From an uncultured Prolixibacteraceae bacterium (GTDB taxonomy: Bacteria; Bacteroidota; Bacteroidia; Bacteroidales; FEN-979): a stretch of DNA of 64,000 bases. The notes below the pieces were generated by a model. The model saw only the letters and a list, made by a program, of their open reading frames with translations. It searched no databases and was not told where the DNA came from. Shown here piece after piece: positions 47,998-58,166 of this stretch. The stretch lies in assembly GCA_964473485.1 (NCBI GenBank), contig CAYYPH010000002.1, positions 59,143 through 123,142 of the forward strand, given 5' to 3'. Each line of letters starts with the position of its first letter. Positions within the stretch are counted from its first letter, which is position 1. The position numbers and the translations under genes were made by a program.

Positions 47998-49871
47998 TGA
48001 ATGTGTCTAAAATATTTTATATGAGGTACTTAATCACGATGGCAATCCTGCTGGGATGGTTTTCAGCCCTGGCCCAGGAGGTACAGTTCACTGCATCTGC
48101 CAAGCAGACGGTTGCCGTCGGCGAAACTTTCACGCTGAGCTATAGTGTGAACAAAGAAGCCAGCGGGTTCAGGGGACCTAACATACGGGGCCTCGAGATG
48201 CTGAGCGGCCCCAATACCAGTACCAGTTCAAGCATCCGGTCGGTCAACGGAAAAACAACCATGACCATCACTTATTCGTTTACCTACCTCCTGCAGGCAA
48301 CCCGTGAAGGTTCCTTTGAGATACCGGCAGCGTCGGTGAACGTCGGTGGACAGCAATACACTTCCAACACGTTGACCATCAATGTTGTTAAAAATCCAAA
48401 CGTGCCTTCAGGCCAGGCCTACTCATCGGGAAGGAGCCAGCAGCAAGGGACAGGCGGCGCCACCGGAAGCAGTAACGATGTGTATGTCAAGGCATTTGCT
48501 TCAAGTTCGAATCCACTCCAGGGCGAAGGGATTGTCGTGACATATAAAATATTTACCAAGGTTCCGATAGCCCAGATCAACATCAGCAAACTATCCTCCT
48601 TTTCCGGATTCTGGTCGCAAAATCTCATGAAGGAGAACGATAAGCTACAGCAAACCACGCAGATGATTGACGGGGAGCAATATGTAGTGGCCGATATCAG
48701 GAAAATAGCGCTTTTCCCTCTCAAGAGCGGAAAACTGGTGGTCGACCCGCTCGAACTTTCCTGTGTGGCCCAGGTCCGGCGTCAAACACGGACCCGTACC
48801 GGGGATCCTTTCTTTGATGATTTCTTCAATGACTCGTTTTTCAATACAGGGATCGCCAATGTTGAGAAGAATCTCAAATCGAACCCGCTTGTTATCAACG
48901 TCAGACCCCTGCCCGACGAAGGAAAGCCGGGCGATTTCAGCGGTGCAGTGGGTTCTTTCACATTCCGGACCGAGCTTGACAAAACGAGGCTGAAAACCAA
49001 CGAAGCAGTCACCCTGAAGTGTACCGTGAGCGGAAAAGGCAATATCCAGCTGATCGACAAACTGAATGTAACGTTCCCACCCGATTTTGAAAGTTACGAC
49101 CCCAAAGTGACGAGCGACATCCAGACAACTTCGGCCGGTGTGTCGGGCAACCAGATCTTTGAATACCTGCTCATCCCCCGGAAACCGGGAAAATTTACCA
49201 TTAAACCCATCAGTTTTACCTATTTTGATCTTATCAAAAACCGCTATGTAAACCACACCAGTCCTGAGTTTACACTTGAGGTGGAAAAGGGAAGCGGAGA
49301 TGCACAGACAATGATGACCTATTCGGGTGCAAACAAGGAGGAGATCAAATATATCGGGAGCGATATCAGGCATATTAAAGATAAATCGCTGGAAGTCCGC
49401 CCTGCAGGCAGTCACTTCTTTGGATCGTTACTTTTTTGGTTGCTCCTTCTGCTCCCGTTCATGTTCTTCCTGGTCTTCTTTGTCCTGTGGCGCAAGTTCG
49501 TCAGGAGACGCAGCGACACGGTACTGATGAAGAACCTGAAAGCCACCAAAATAGCCCGGAAACGCTTGGTTACCGCCGACAAGTTCAGGTCGTCGGGGCA
49601 GCAGGAAGAATTTTATGTTGCCATATCACAGGCTTTATGGGGGTATCTCAGCGATAAGTTCGGGATCCCGCTTGCTGAACTTAGCATCGATTCGGTCAGG
49701 GATGCTCTTGCAAATAAAAATGTCAGCGAACAGATCGTCACACAGTTCATTGAAACACTAAACAATACCGAGTTTGCAAGGTTCGCACCAGGCGAAAAAT
49801 CAGTCAATATGAACAGGATCTATGATGAAGCCCTTGATATCATCACCAAAATTGAACGGGAGTTAAGGTAA
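47991..49871 (+). CDS. batD: BatD (oxygen-tolerance protein)
   Basis: Signal peptide, BatD N-terminal fold, and a late TM helix (LLFWLLLLLPFMFFLVFFVLW). The start is probably ATG 48021. Confidence 0.85.
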   Translation: MVMNVSKIFYMRYLITMAILLGWFSALAQEVQFTASAKQTVAVGETFTLSYSVNKEASGFRGPNIRGLEMLSGPNTSTSSSIRSVNGKTTMTITYSFTYLLQATREGSFEIPAASVNVGGQQYTSNTLTINVVKNPNVPSGQAYSSGRSQQQGTGGATGSSNDVYVKAFASSSNPLQGEGIVVTYKIFTKVPIAQINISKLSSFSGFWSQNLMKENDKLQQTTQMIDGEQYVVADIRKIALFPLKSGKLVVDPLELSCVAQVRRQTRTRTGDPFFDDFFNDSFFNTGIANVEKNLKSNPLVINVRPLPDEGKPGDFSGAVGSFTFRTELDKTRLKTNEAVTLKCTVSGKGNIQLIDKLNVTFPPDFESYDPKVTSDIQTTSAGVSGNQIFEYLLIPRKPGKFTIKPISFTYFDLIKNRYVNHTSPEFTLEVEKGSGDAQTMMTYSGANKEEIKYIGSDIRHIKDKSLEVRPAGSHFFGSLLFWLLLLLPFMFFLVFFVLWRKFVRRRSDTVLMKNLKATKIARKRLVTADKFRSSGQQEEFYVAISQALWGYLSDKFGIPLAELSIDSVRDALANKNVSEQIVTQFIETLNNTEFARFAPGEKSVNMNRIYDEALDIITKIERELR

Positions 49872-49882
49872 CAAGCAAAGCC

Positions 49883-50638
49883 ATGAAGAAGATCATTCTG
49901 ATAGTTTTTTCCATTCTATGCACGGCAGCTGTTTTTGCCGGTCCGGAGCAGGAGCTTCTCATTAAGGCTTCAAAAGCTTACAACAGCGGCAATTTTGCCA
50001 AAGCTTCCTTACATTATCGGAAAGTGGCCGATGACGGATTCGCATCCCCTGAACTGTTCTACAATCTCGGTAATTGCTATTTCAAGCTGAATGATTATCC
50101 AAACGCGATACTTTGGTATGAAAGGGCCAAACGCCTTGATCCTGGTAATGAGGACATCGATTTTAATCTGAACGTGGCCAATACAAAGATCTCCGACAAG
50201 ATTGAACCCCTGCCCGAAATGTTTTATAAACGCTGGTTCAATGGGCTGGTCAATCTTACTTCGGCAGATGGCTGGGCGGTTTATGCGCTGGTCTTTTTTA
50301 TCCTTTCACTTGCGGGAGGGGTGTTGTACCTGGTGTCAAGGGTGTTGATAATAAGGAAGATAGGCTTTTGGTCGGGGTCCGCGCTTTTATTGTTGGGGTT
50401 GATTGCCTTTATGCTGGCCTGGAGCGGCGACCGCGCCAGGAAAGTCAATACGGAGGCAGTTATCTTCGCCCCGACCATCACTGTAAAAAGCTCACCCAAC
50501 GAGAACAGCACCGATCTTTTTGTCCTGCACGAAGGAACCAAGGTAAAGCTGCTCGACAATATAGGTGGCTGGTACGAAATCAGGATTGCCAATGGCAGTG
50601 TGGGCTGGTTACCGGTAACCGCCCTCGAACGGATATAG
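49883..50638 (+). CDS. batE: BatE (TPR + TM + SH3-like C-terminus)
   Basis: TPR repeats, two TM helices, and a C-terminal GWYEIRIANGSVGWLP SH3b-like motif. Confidence 0.8.
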   Translation: MKKIILIVFSILCTAAVFAGPEQELLIKASKAYNSGNFAKASLHYRKVADDGFASPELFYNLGNCYFKLNDYPNAILWYERAKRLDPGNEDIDFNLNVANTKISDKIEPLPEMFYKRWFNGLVNLTSADGWAVYALVFFILSLAGGVLYLVSRVLIIRKIGFWSGSALLLLGLIAFMLAWSGDRARKVNTEAVIFAPTITVKSSPNENSTDLFVLHEGTKVKLLDNIGGWYEIRIANGSVGWLPVTALERI

Positions 50639-50726
50639 TCCACCCATCGCCTTACCGATCTTTGTTGCCATTTGGGCGTATTCTACCAGCCTGTAGCCGA
50701 TCATGCAGGCCCTTTCATATTTTTTT

Positions 50727-50757
50727 TTTGGAGAATAAAGTTTTTCCTGTATATTTG
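50727..50757 (+). promoter_or_regulatory. Bacteroidetes promoter TTTG-N19-TATATTTG
   Basis: Both the -33 (50727-50730) and -7 (50750-50757) elements are present at consensus spacing, ~100 nt upstream of ATG 50857. Confidence 0.5.
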
Positions 50758-50856
50758 TTCGTTTAAAGGATGGGTCTATTTCGTCAGGTTACTTATTGAT
50801 TCATTGATCGTTAGAAAACTATCATACCAAACAATACAACTTTTAAAACGAACAAT

Positions 50857-53682
50857 ATGAAAGAAAGATTTTTACACTTTGGCGTGGTTAAAGCCTCCAT
50901 CGGACTCCTAATGCTTTTTTTACCGGCGCTTTTGATGGCCGGACAACCCGTAAAAACGGATAACAAGAAAGTGGATGGATCACGTTATGAAAGTGTCCGC
51001 GCAAACCAGGTTACCGGCGAAGTTAATCCGCTGGATGTTCAGAAGGCATTCCAGCAGGCCGAAACCATGCGCACCAAATCGGCTACCGGCGCTATGAATC
51101 TTAACTGGATGCCAGCCGGACCGGATAATTTTTCAGGTATGATCTGGAGCGTGATCTATGATAACACCGATCCCACCGGAGTTACCCTGATAGCGGGAGC
51201 CGGCGCCGGAGGAATATGGAGATCGATCAACCATGGCTTGACCTGGACACAGATGGCCGTTGCAAACAATGAAGTTCCCAAAATTTCTTCCCTTGTACAG
51301 ACCTCATCAGGAGTGATTTATGCTGCTTCGGGACTGACCAGCTGCAAAACCGCCCGCTTCATCGGAACCGGCGTATACCGCTCCGATGCAACCGGACAGT
51401 TCACGGTGATCCCCTCGACTGTGACTAATCCCGACTTTTCCACCGTCGCAAAGCTTGCCATCAACAAACAAACCGGCAGAATCTTCGCTGCCACCAACGG
51501 CGGGATCTACTATTCCGACAACGGCGATAACTGGACAAAAGTAAAATCGGGTTACAGCATGGATGTTTGTGTGAGCCCGGATGGCAGGGTGCTTGCCGCT
51601 GTCGGTGACTCCGCCTATATGTCCGACGGTCAGAACCTCAACGTCTGGGCCAACCTTACCACCGGCGAAACCGGAAAACTACCCAAATCAAATGTCGGTT
51701 GGATTAATTTTGCCGCTGCCCCTTCTGATGCAAATATTTTTTATGCCAGCATTGCTGCCACCGACGGTAAACTCAACGGAATTTACACCTCCATCGATGC
51801 CGGGGCTACCTGGGCGCTTGTTTTTCCATCGAATCCATTGTTTGAACCGTTCAACGGGTATGGCTGTTATTCAAATACTATGATCGTTTTCCCTAACGAT
51901 CCTTTTAAACTCTATCTTGGCGGAGTGAACATGTGGTATGGACAACGTATCCAGTCGACCGGCTTTTTTAACTGGGAACAGGTTAGTTTTGGCAATATCT
52001 CCACAGCAAGTCCGTTTTTTGCACCAAATTACCACCACTGTTACGCATTCAGGCCCACCACCGGCGCCCATCTGGCCATGGCTTCTGACGGCGGTGTTAC
52101 CGTTGGAACTCAGGATGGAGAATCCCTGCTCTATCAAACCAGCAACAAAGATCTTCAGACCACCCAGTTCAATGCATTAACGGTTTCATCGAAGAGTTCA
52201 TACGTAATGGGAGGAGGCGACCGGATCGGCACCCTGGCCATGGGCTATTTTTATCCCTCGCAGGTCAACTACCCGTCAGACGGCTACCAGATGTACCGTA
52301 CCGATGCTTCCTTCCAGCCGGCGAATTTCGGCGGCAATGGTAGTACCTGTGCCTGGTCGAAGCTTGACCCCAGGATCGCTGTTTTCACGAAATTTAAAGG
52401 GGCTCCTGCCATCCGGAGAGCCGACCTCAATGATATTAATTATATCAACGACTTCATGAACGGAGTCGATACCATCAACTCCACCTACGTTCCGATGGAT
52501 CTCTGGGAAAGCTTTACTTTTGCCCAGACCCGCGACAGCGTTAAAGTGTATGCCAGGGTCAATACAATCCCTGCCGACACTGTGCTCTCGGTCGAAAGCG
52601 CCAACAATAAATTGCTTTTCCCATACCGTACCACCGCCCCGATCCTTAAGGGCGACAGCCTTATGGTGGCTGATCCCATTGCCAGCAGATTTTTCTACTA
52701 TGGCAACGGAAGTACGGTTATATATCCAGGATACGGAAAAGGCATCTATATGACCAAGGATATGCTGAAGTTCAACGTCGATCCAGAATACTTCTTGATA
52801 TATAAGGATGCTTCGGCCGACCAGATCAGTGTTATCAGGGTTTCGGACGATCTTAATGTGCTGTGGGCCGGAACAAAGGGAGGCCGCCTCATCAGGATCA
52901 CGGGACTCATCAATGCCTGGGATTCAGCCACTGCGAATATTTTAAGCTCACAGTGTGTCCTCGCCGATTCGGTATTCACCAATCTGCCCTTTGCCGGACG
53001 TACCGTAACATCTATTTCTATCAATCCGAAGAATACAAACCAGGTGCTAGTAACCCTTGGTAACTACGGTAACCAGGATTACGTGTATTATTCAGGTAAC
53101 GCCAATGACCCGGTGCCGACCTTCGTCTCCGTGCAGTCTAACCTGCCTAAGGCACCTGTGTTCAGCAGCCTGATCGAACTTCAGGGCAACAGCGCGATCG
53201 TAGGTACCGACGTCGGAGTTTACAGCACCACCGGGCTTAACACCGGTAACCCGCAATGGGCGGCCGACATGAACAATATCGGTAATGTGCCCGTTACTGA
53301 TATCAAACAGCAAACCATGTACGATTTTCATATTCTGAATTATGGCATGATCTATATTGCAACTTATGGCCGGGGAATCTGGATGGATACCACCTATTAT
53401 TCACCGGTGGGAATCGACCCGGTTGCTGTTGAATCAAAGGCCGGAACTATTAATCTGACTCCTAACCCTGCACGGCAGCAGGTAACTGTTACAACCCAAC
53501 TTACCGTAAGCACCCAGGTTCAGGTTACTGTATTTGACCTGACCGGCCGTACAGTGTTAAGTAAAGATTTTGGCACCCAGCAGAAGGGTTCATTCTCCGC
53601 GAAACTTGACATCTCTTCGTTGCCTTCGGGAAGCTATATTGTCAGGTCAGGCAGCGCCTCAGCCAAGTTGATAAAGTATTAA
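50857..53682 (+). CDS. 941-aa secreted beta-propeller-like protein (BNR/Asp-box-like GGIxxSxDxGxTW repeats) with T9SS type-A C-terminal domain
   Basis: Signal peptide, GGIWRSINHGLTW / GGIYYSDNGDNW motifs, and a C-terminus LTPNPARQQVTV...LPSGSYIVRSGSASAKLIKY. Confidence 0.8.
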   Translation: MKERFLHFGVVKASIGLLMLFLPALLMAGQPVKTDNKKVDGSRYESVRANQVTGEVNPLDVQKAFQQAETMRTKSATGAMNLNWMPAGPDNFSGMIWSVIYDNTDPTGVTLIAGAGAGGIWRSINHGLTWTQMAVANNEVPKISSLVQTSSGVIYAASGLTSCKTARFIGTGVYRSDATGQFTVIPSTVTNPDFSTVAKLAINKQTGRIFAATNGGIYYSDNGDNWTKVKSGYSMDVCVSPDGRVLAAVGDSAYMSDGQNLNVWANLTTGETGKLPKSNVGWINFAAAPSDANIFYASIAATDGKLNGIYTSIDAGATWALVFPSNPLFEPFNGYGCYSNTMIVFPNDPFKLYLGGVNMWYGQRIQSTGFFNWEQVSFGNISTASPFFAPNYHHCYAFRPTTGAHLAMASDGGVTVGTQDGESLLYQTSNKDLQTTQFNALTVSSKSSYVMGGGDRIGTLAMGYFYPSQVNYPSDGYQMYRTDASFQPANFGGNGSTCAWSKLDPRIAVFTKFKGAPAIRRADLNDINYINDFMNGVDTINSTYVPMDLWESFTFAQTRDSVKVYARVNTIPADTVLSVESANNKLLFPYRTTAPILKGDSLMVADPIASRFFYYGNGSTVIYPGYGKGIYMTKDMLKFNVDPEYFLIYKDASADQISVIRVSDDLNVLWAGTKGGRLIRITGLINAWDSATANILSSQCVLADSVFTNLPFAGRTVTSISINPKNTNQVLVTLGNYGNQDYVYYSGNANDPVPTFVSVQSNLPKAPVFSSLIELQGNSAIVGTDVGVYSTTGLNTGNPQWAADMNNIGNVPVTDIKQQTMYDFHILNYGMIYIATYGRGIWMDTTYYSPVGIDPVAVESKAGTINLTPNPARQQVTVTTQLTVSTQVQVTVFDLTGRTVLSKDFGTQQKGSFSAKLDISSLPSGSYIVRSGSASAKLIKY

Positions 53683-53695
53683 TCAGGCATACCTG

Positions 53696-53738
53696 AAAAA
53701 AAAGATGGCCATCCCTCGGGGTGGCCATCTTTTTTTTT
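53696..53738. terminator. bidirectional rho-independent terminator
   Basis: An A8 run, then the stem gatggcca(53704-53711)/tggccatc(53722-53729) with extra inner C-G pairs, then a T9 run. Sits between convergent genes. Confidence 0.75.
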
Positions 53739-53753
53739 ACCGGACCGGATTGG

Positions 53754-54383
53754 TTAGCTCAATGATAATTTGAATTCTTGCAGGATCTTCACATCCGCTT
53801 CCTTGATATAACCAATTTCAGCCGCCTTTTGTACCAGGTGATCGTAATCGGTCAGGGTGATAAGCATGCAATCGGCCTCCTTGAACGCTTTTTCCGCTTT
53901 CGGCAGATTGTAGGTGAAGATCGCTACCATCCCTTTCACATTGCATCCGGCCTCGCGTAACGCCGTCACTGCTCCAAGGCTTGAGCCGCCGGTTGAAATA
54001 AGATCCTCGACCACCACGATACGCTGGCCGTGACGTACTTCGCCTTCAATCTGGTTGGATAACCCATGGTCTTTTTTACCAGATCTGACATAGGCAAAGG
54101 GAAGTCCCAGTTCCTGGGCGATCAGTGCACCCTGGGCGATTCCGCCTGTAGCAACCCCGGCAATGGCTTCTGGTTCAAAAGAACTTTCCTCGATGGATTT
54201 TACAAAATGCTGCCGGATGAATGTTCTTATTTCAGGATATGAAAGCGTTATCCGGTTATCGCAGTAAATAGGCGATTTAATCCCGGAGGCCCAGGTGAAC
54301 AAATCGTTGGGGCTAAGTTTCACTGCCTTTATCTTTAAAAGCAATTCAGCGGTCCTGTAAGCAATGTCTTTGTTATAGATCAT
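53754..54383 (-). CDS. pyrE: orotate phosphoribosyltransferase
   Basis: PRPP-binding motif VVVEDLISTGGSS. Confidence 0.95.
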   Translation of the reverse strand: MIYNKDIAYRTAELLLKIKAVKLSPNDLFTWASGIKSPIYCDNRITLSYPEIRTFIRQHFVKSIEESSFEPEAIAGVATGGIAQGALIAQELGLPFAYVRSGKKDHGLSNQIEGEVRHGQRIVVVEDLISTGGSSLGAVTALREAGCNVKGMVAIFTYNLPKAEKAFKEADCMLITLTDYDHLVQKAAEIGYIKEADVKILQEFKLSLS

Positions 54384-54510
54384 TATTATTGATTATAATT
54401 TGTGCAAAGATACGATAATTTTCGATGCGCATGTTCCGTGGCAATTGACCGGAGATATTAGAGCCAGAAGAGCAAAAAAACGTAGTTTTGTGTCTCAAAA
54501 TTATTGCATC

Positions 54511-55260
54511 ATGAAAATTTTTCTTAACGAACGGGTGATACATTTTACGGAGGCGCTTCCGGAAGCCTTGTCTGATACCGACCTGGTGTACTATGATGGA
54601 AATGGCGAATTTTCGGCTGTTTGGAATACTTTTAAACGTTATGAAAAACATAAGAATCTATACGTAATCACAGGAGATTCCAGATCAGGCCTTGCAGACC
54701 TGAACCCGGCCAATGCCCCTTCAGGAGCCGTATTCGAAGATTTCTGCTCCCTTTTTACCTTTATACCGGCCGCGGGGGGTCTGGTTAAAAATGAAGCAGA
54801 CGAGTGTCTCTTCATTCACCGGTACGGTCACTGGGACCTCCCTAAAGGAAAAATCGGGTCAAAAGACGGGCTGATCCGCGAAAAGCCCCGTAAGATGCAT
54901 ATGGCGGACCAACAGGAACAACGAAACTCATACCTTGATTTCTTTTATGCAAACAAGGAGTTGATCAAAACAGTCTCTGCCCGCGCCGCTGTGCGTGAGG
55001 TGAAGGAAGAAACAGGTCTCCGCGAAGTTGCAGTTACCCGCGAGTTGCCCTCTACCTGGCATATTTTTGAAAAGGACGGACAGGATTATCTTAAACAGAC
55101 CTTCTGGTTCGAAATGCAGGCTGATGGTTCGCAACCCCTGACGCCACAGGTGAGTGAAGGGATTTTCCTGGTTAAATGGACCTCCATGAAAGGAATCCAC
55201 TGTATACTCTCGCACACTTATGCATCCATAAGGGAAATGCTTATAGAAGTGCTGTTCTGA
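54511..55260 (+). CDS. NUDIX-family hydrolase with an interrupted Nudix box
   Basis: WDLPKGK ... AAVREVKEETGL. About 35 extra residues sit between the G and the REVxEETG halves. ATG 54511 is preferred over the track start 54400. Confidence 0.7.
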   Translation: MKIFLNERVIHFTEALPEALSDTDLVYYDGNGEFSAVWNTFKRYEKHKNLYVITGDSRSGLADLNPANAPSGAVFEDFCSLFTFIPAAGGLVKNEADECLFIHRYGHWDLPKGKIGSKDGLIREKPRKMHMADQQEQRNSYLDFFYANKELIKTVSARAAVREVKEETGLREVAVTRELPSTWHIFEKDGQDYLKQTFWFEMQADGSQPLTPQVSEGIFLVKWTSMKGIHCILSHTYASIREMLIEVLF

Positions 55261-55340
55261 TGTGTTAATGACAAGGCCTCCGTTGTTTACCGGCATGGGT
55301 TCCCATCCCCCGGTCAGGCATCGCGGCAAAGCAGATGCTG

Positions 55341-56045
55341 CTACATTTCATCGGCCTGGAATCTGAATCCCAGCCGCTTGCCGGTGGTCAGTTTCATGGC
55401 ATCGAGGGTGGTCTGCATCTCCGAAACAGTAACCTCCTTGATATTGTCGTATGGCGGAGTCAGCAGGTCAAAGTTTATGGTGTATTCAATTGCTGAGAAA
55501 AGAATGTTTTTCATCGATCCTTCATCCATCTTATTCTCTGGAAAGTTATTAAAAAGCAGGCCGATCTCGCGTTTGCCTTCGGTGAAATAATGTTTCTCCC
55601 GGTTCACGAAGATCCTCCCGATGCAGTACCCGATATCGTTTATCCGATTGAATTTAAAGGAGTCGGCAAGAAAATTGAAGATGTGGATAATGCCGCAGTA
55701 GGACCGCGATTTATCTTCGCGTATATAGCTGCTTTTCATGACCACGTGATCGCGGGGAATTTCGAAAATATTGGAGTGCATGAAGAAAATCAGGACATCG
55801 GATCCGAATTTCAGCTGGAATTCAAAAGTTCCACGGTCCTGGTATTCAAACAGTAACGGATAAGGCGCTTTTTTTACTGCCGATTTATTTGTACCGACAA
55901 AGTTTTCGGTAACATTTTTAAACTGGTTGAACACTTCGAGGGTTTTCTGGTAAACCTCCTGTTTGAGGCTGCCTTTTTCAATGATCTGCCGGATGACCGG
56001 AGCCGGTTTGCTTTGAGTCATTTTCATGGAATCGACTTTATACAA
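55341..56045 (-). CDS. hypothetical protein
   Basis: Clean 234-aa ORF with normal composition; I recognise no motif. Confidence 0.5.
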   Translation of the reverse strand: MYKVDSMKMTQSKPAPVIRQIIEKGSLKQEVYQKTLEVFNQFKNVTENFVGTNKSAVKKAPYPLLFEYQDRGTFEFQLKFGSDVLIFFMHSNIFEIPRDHVVMKSSYIREDKSRSYCGIIHIFNFLADSFKFNRINDIGYCIGRIFVNREKHYFTEGKREIGLLFNNFPENKMDEGSMKNILFSAIEYTINFDLLTPPYDNIKEVTVSEMQTTLDAMKLTTGKRLGFRFQADEM

Positions 56046-56111
56046 AGATAGAAATATCCCGGATCGTATTGACGCGCTTCGTTGATTATCGGGAAGGCTT
56101 CAGGGTAACCA

Positions 56112-56147
56112 TAAAAAAAGACTGACAATCGGAAGATTATCAGTCTT
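56112..56147 (-). terminator. rho-independent terminator directly following the tRNA 3'-end fragment
   Basis: 13-bp stem 56118-56130 / 56135-56147 with a GGAA loop. Its only irregular pair is G-U on the minus strand (C-A on plus). A U-run follows on the minus strand. Confidence 0.55.
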
Positions 56148-56150
56148 TTA

Positions 56151-56172
56151 GGTAGCCCGTAGGGGAATCGAA
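56151..56172 (-). other. tRNA 3'-end fragment (T-loop to acceptor end): putative att core / left junction of the integrative element
   Basis: The minus strand reads TTCGATTCCCCTACGGGCTACC, that is T-loop + 3' T-stem + acceptor 3' strand + discriminator + CC. The 5' T-stem partner (AGGGG) and the rest of a tRNA are absent upstream. Confidence 0.45.
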
Positions 56173-56340
56173 TAGCTGCTTTCGTTTACTTTCATTTTCA
56201 GTTAATGTGCTTTTAGTCTGATCATTACATTTTTTGACGAAGCAAAGAAAAGCAGAAAAAAGCAGAGAAAAGAACAAAATGTTTTACCAATTGTTTTACC
56301 AAGTTTTTTTTGTATTACCTTTATAGCAAAGGTTTTCGAG

Positions 56341-57657
56341 ATGGCAACAACAAAGTTACTTTTAAAAACTGAAAAAGAAAATAAAAACGGAAAAATTCCA
56401 CTTTTTCTCAGAATCATCCAGGACCGGAAGCCGACCTACATTTCGCTGGGGGTCTATCTGAAACAAAATGAATGGAATGATGATGAGAAGAAGGTAAAGA
56501 AAACACACCCGAATTCAACCCGGTTGAATGCATACATCGCAAAAAAAGTTGCGGAGGCTGAGGCGAAAATGGTCGAACTTCAAACCAAACAGAAACGACC
56601 CAGCGGGAAAAGAATCAAAGCCGAAATCATGGGTGGCGCTGCTGTGAACTTTTTTGAATTTACCAAGGCTCACCAGGAGGCGATAGAAAAGGCCGGGCAT
56701 ATCAATATGGCCAAAAGGATAAAATCCATTCAGGAAAAACTAAAGACGTACCTGGGTCATGAAAACCTGTTTCTCACGGATATTGATGTGGAGTTCCTGG
56801 TTAAGTTCAATGATTACCTGGCTGGCACTCTTCAAAATAAAACAAACACCATCACCAGCAACATGAAATTGATCAGAAGAATGCTGAATGATGCCATCCG
56901 CCAGGGGAAGATGAACCGGAATGATTATCCGTTTTACTCTTACCGGTTGAAAAATGAGCCCACAAAAAGAGATTACCTGGCAGAGGACGAGTTGCTGGCT
57001 ATTGAAAAACTAGCGCTTGAGCCTGGTTCAAGGTTGGAAGAGGTCCGGGATATGTATGTCTTTTCGGCCTATGCCGGAGGAATCAGGGTGTCGGACCTGC
57101 TTATGCTTCGATGGAGAAATTTTGATGGAGAGCGGCAGCATTTCAAGGTGCTTAAGACCGGGAAGGAGCTACACATCAAACTGCCGGAAAAGGCACTTGA
57201 AATTCTTAAAAAATATCAGACAGCGGAAAGCAAACCCGACTCCCTGATCTTCTCCATACTCCGGTCAAATATTGATTTTGACAATCCAAAACAGGTCACC
57301 GGGGCCATTTCATCGGCCACCGCCCAGATCAATGAACGGCTAAAGATAATTGCAGATAAGGCCGAAGTAGAAAAAAGGATAAGTTTCCACACCGCCCGAC
57401 ACACTTTTGCCACACGCGCTCTAAGAAAAGGGATCAGGATCGAATATGTATCCAAATTGCTTGGCCATGCCACCATCAAAGAAACACAGGTTTATGCCAA
57501 GATTGTTGATGAGGAGTTGGATAATGCCATGGATGTTTTTAACGAGAAAAAGGAGGTGACGAAGAAAAGGGTTGCTAAAAAGACTGGAACTTCAAACAAA
57601 CCAATTGCAAAACTAAAAAAATATATATTTAAAGGAATAACTTTAATAGTATTTTAA
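56341..57657 (+). CDS. int: tyrosine recombinase / phage-type integrase (Bacteroidetes N-terminal arm-binding type)
   Basis: Catalytic region RVSDLL...HTARHTFATRAL...LLGHATIKETQVYAKI (R..HxxR..Y). Confidence 0.93.
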   Translation: MATTKLLLKTEKENKNGKIPLFLRIIQDRKPTYISLGVYLKQNEWNDDEKKVKKTHPNSTRLNAYIAKKVAEAEAKMVELQTKQKRPSGKRIKAEIMGGAAVNFFEFTKAHQEAIEKAGHINMAKRIKSIQEKLKTYLGHENLFLTDIDVEFLVKFNDYLAGTLQNKTNTITSNMKLIRRMLNDAIRQGKMNRNDYPFYSYRLKNEPTKRDYLAEDELLAIEKLALEPGSRLEEVRDMYVFSAYAGGIRVSDLLMLRWRNFDGERQHFKVLKTGKELHIKLPEKALEILKKYQTAESKPDSLIFSILRSNIDFDNPKQVTGAISSATAQINERLKIIADKAEVEKRISFHTARHTFATRALRKGIRIEYVSKLLGHATIKETQVYAKIVDEELDNAMDVFNEKKEVTKKRVAKKTGTSNKPIAKLKKYIFKGITLIVF

Positions 57658-57661
57658 ATAT

Positions 57662-57712
57662 TTAAAGTAATAGCTTTATATTTGCATCGATAAATTAAAG
57701 TAATAGCTTTAT
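57662..57712 (+). promoter_or_regulatory. two perfect 18-bp direct repeats TTAAAGTAATAGCTTTAT bracketing a -7 box TATATTTG
   Basis: Repeat 1 is 57662-57679; repeat 2 is 57695-57712 and overlaps the ATG of the HTH gene. The -7 box is 57677-57684. Likely an autoregulatory operator. Confidence 0.5.
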
Positions 57713-58166
57713 GAAGACACAAGAGTTGATCTTAATCCAAACCGATAAAAGGATAAGGAAGATAGCCCGAATAAAGGATGATAATCCGCCAAATGGTTGG
57801 ATTTACGCAATTCGGATGGCCCTGGGAATGTCGATGCGTCAGCTTGGGAAATTGGCTGAAATTACGCCACAAGGAGTTAAAGATATAGAAACCCGGGAGA
57901 AAAATGGGAATATCACCCTCGCATCCTTAGAACAAATAGGCAATAAGCTAAACATGAAGCTGGTTTATGGTTTTGTACCTTTAGATGGATCTTTGCAAAA
58001 AATGATCGATAAGCGCGCGATTGACTTAGCAACAAAAATTGTAGCAAGAACGGCAAATACCATGAAATTGGAAGATCAGGCAGTGAGTCAAGCCATGCTG
58101 AAAAAATCAATAAAGGCCAAAGCCCAGGAAATCAAGCAAAAAAATCTAAAGGCACTATGGGAATAA
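57711..58166 (+). CDS. 'mobile mystery protein A' (XRE-type HTH)
   Basis: PPNGWIYAIRMALGMSMRQLGKLAEITPQGVKDIETREKNGNITLASL matches my memory of the TIGRFAM mob_myst_A family. Confidence 0.8.
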   Translation: MKTQELILIQTDKRIRKIARIKDDNPPNGWIYAIRMALGMSMRQLGKLAEITPQGVKDIETREKNGNITLASLEQIGNKLNMKLVYGFVPLDGSLQKMIDKRAIDLATKIVARTANTMKLEDQAVSQAMLKKSIKAKAQEIKQKNLKALWE

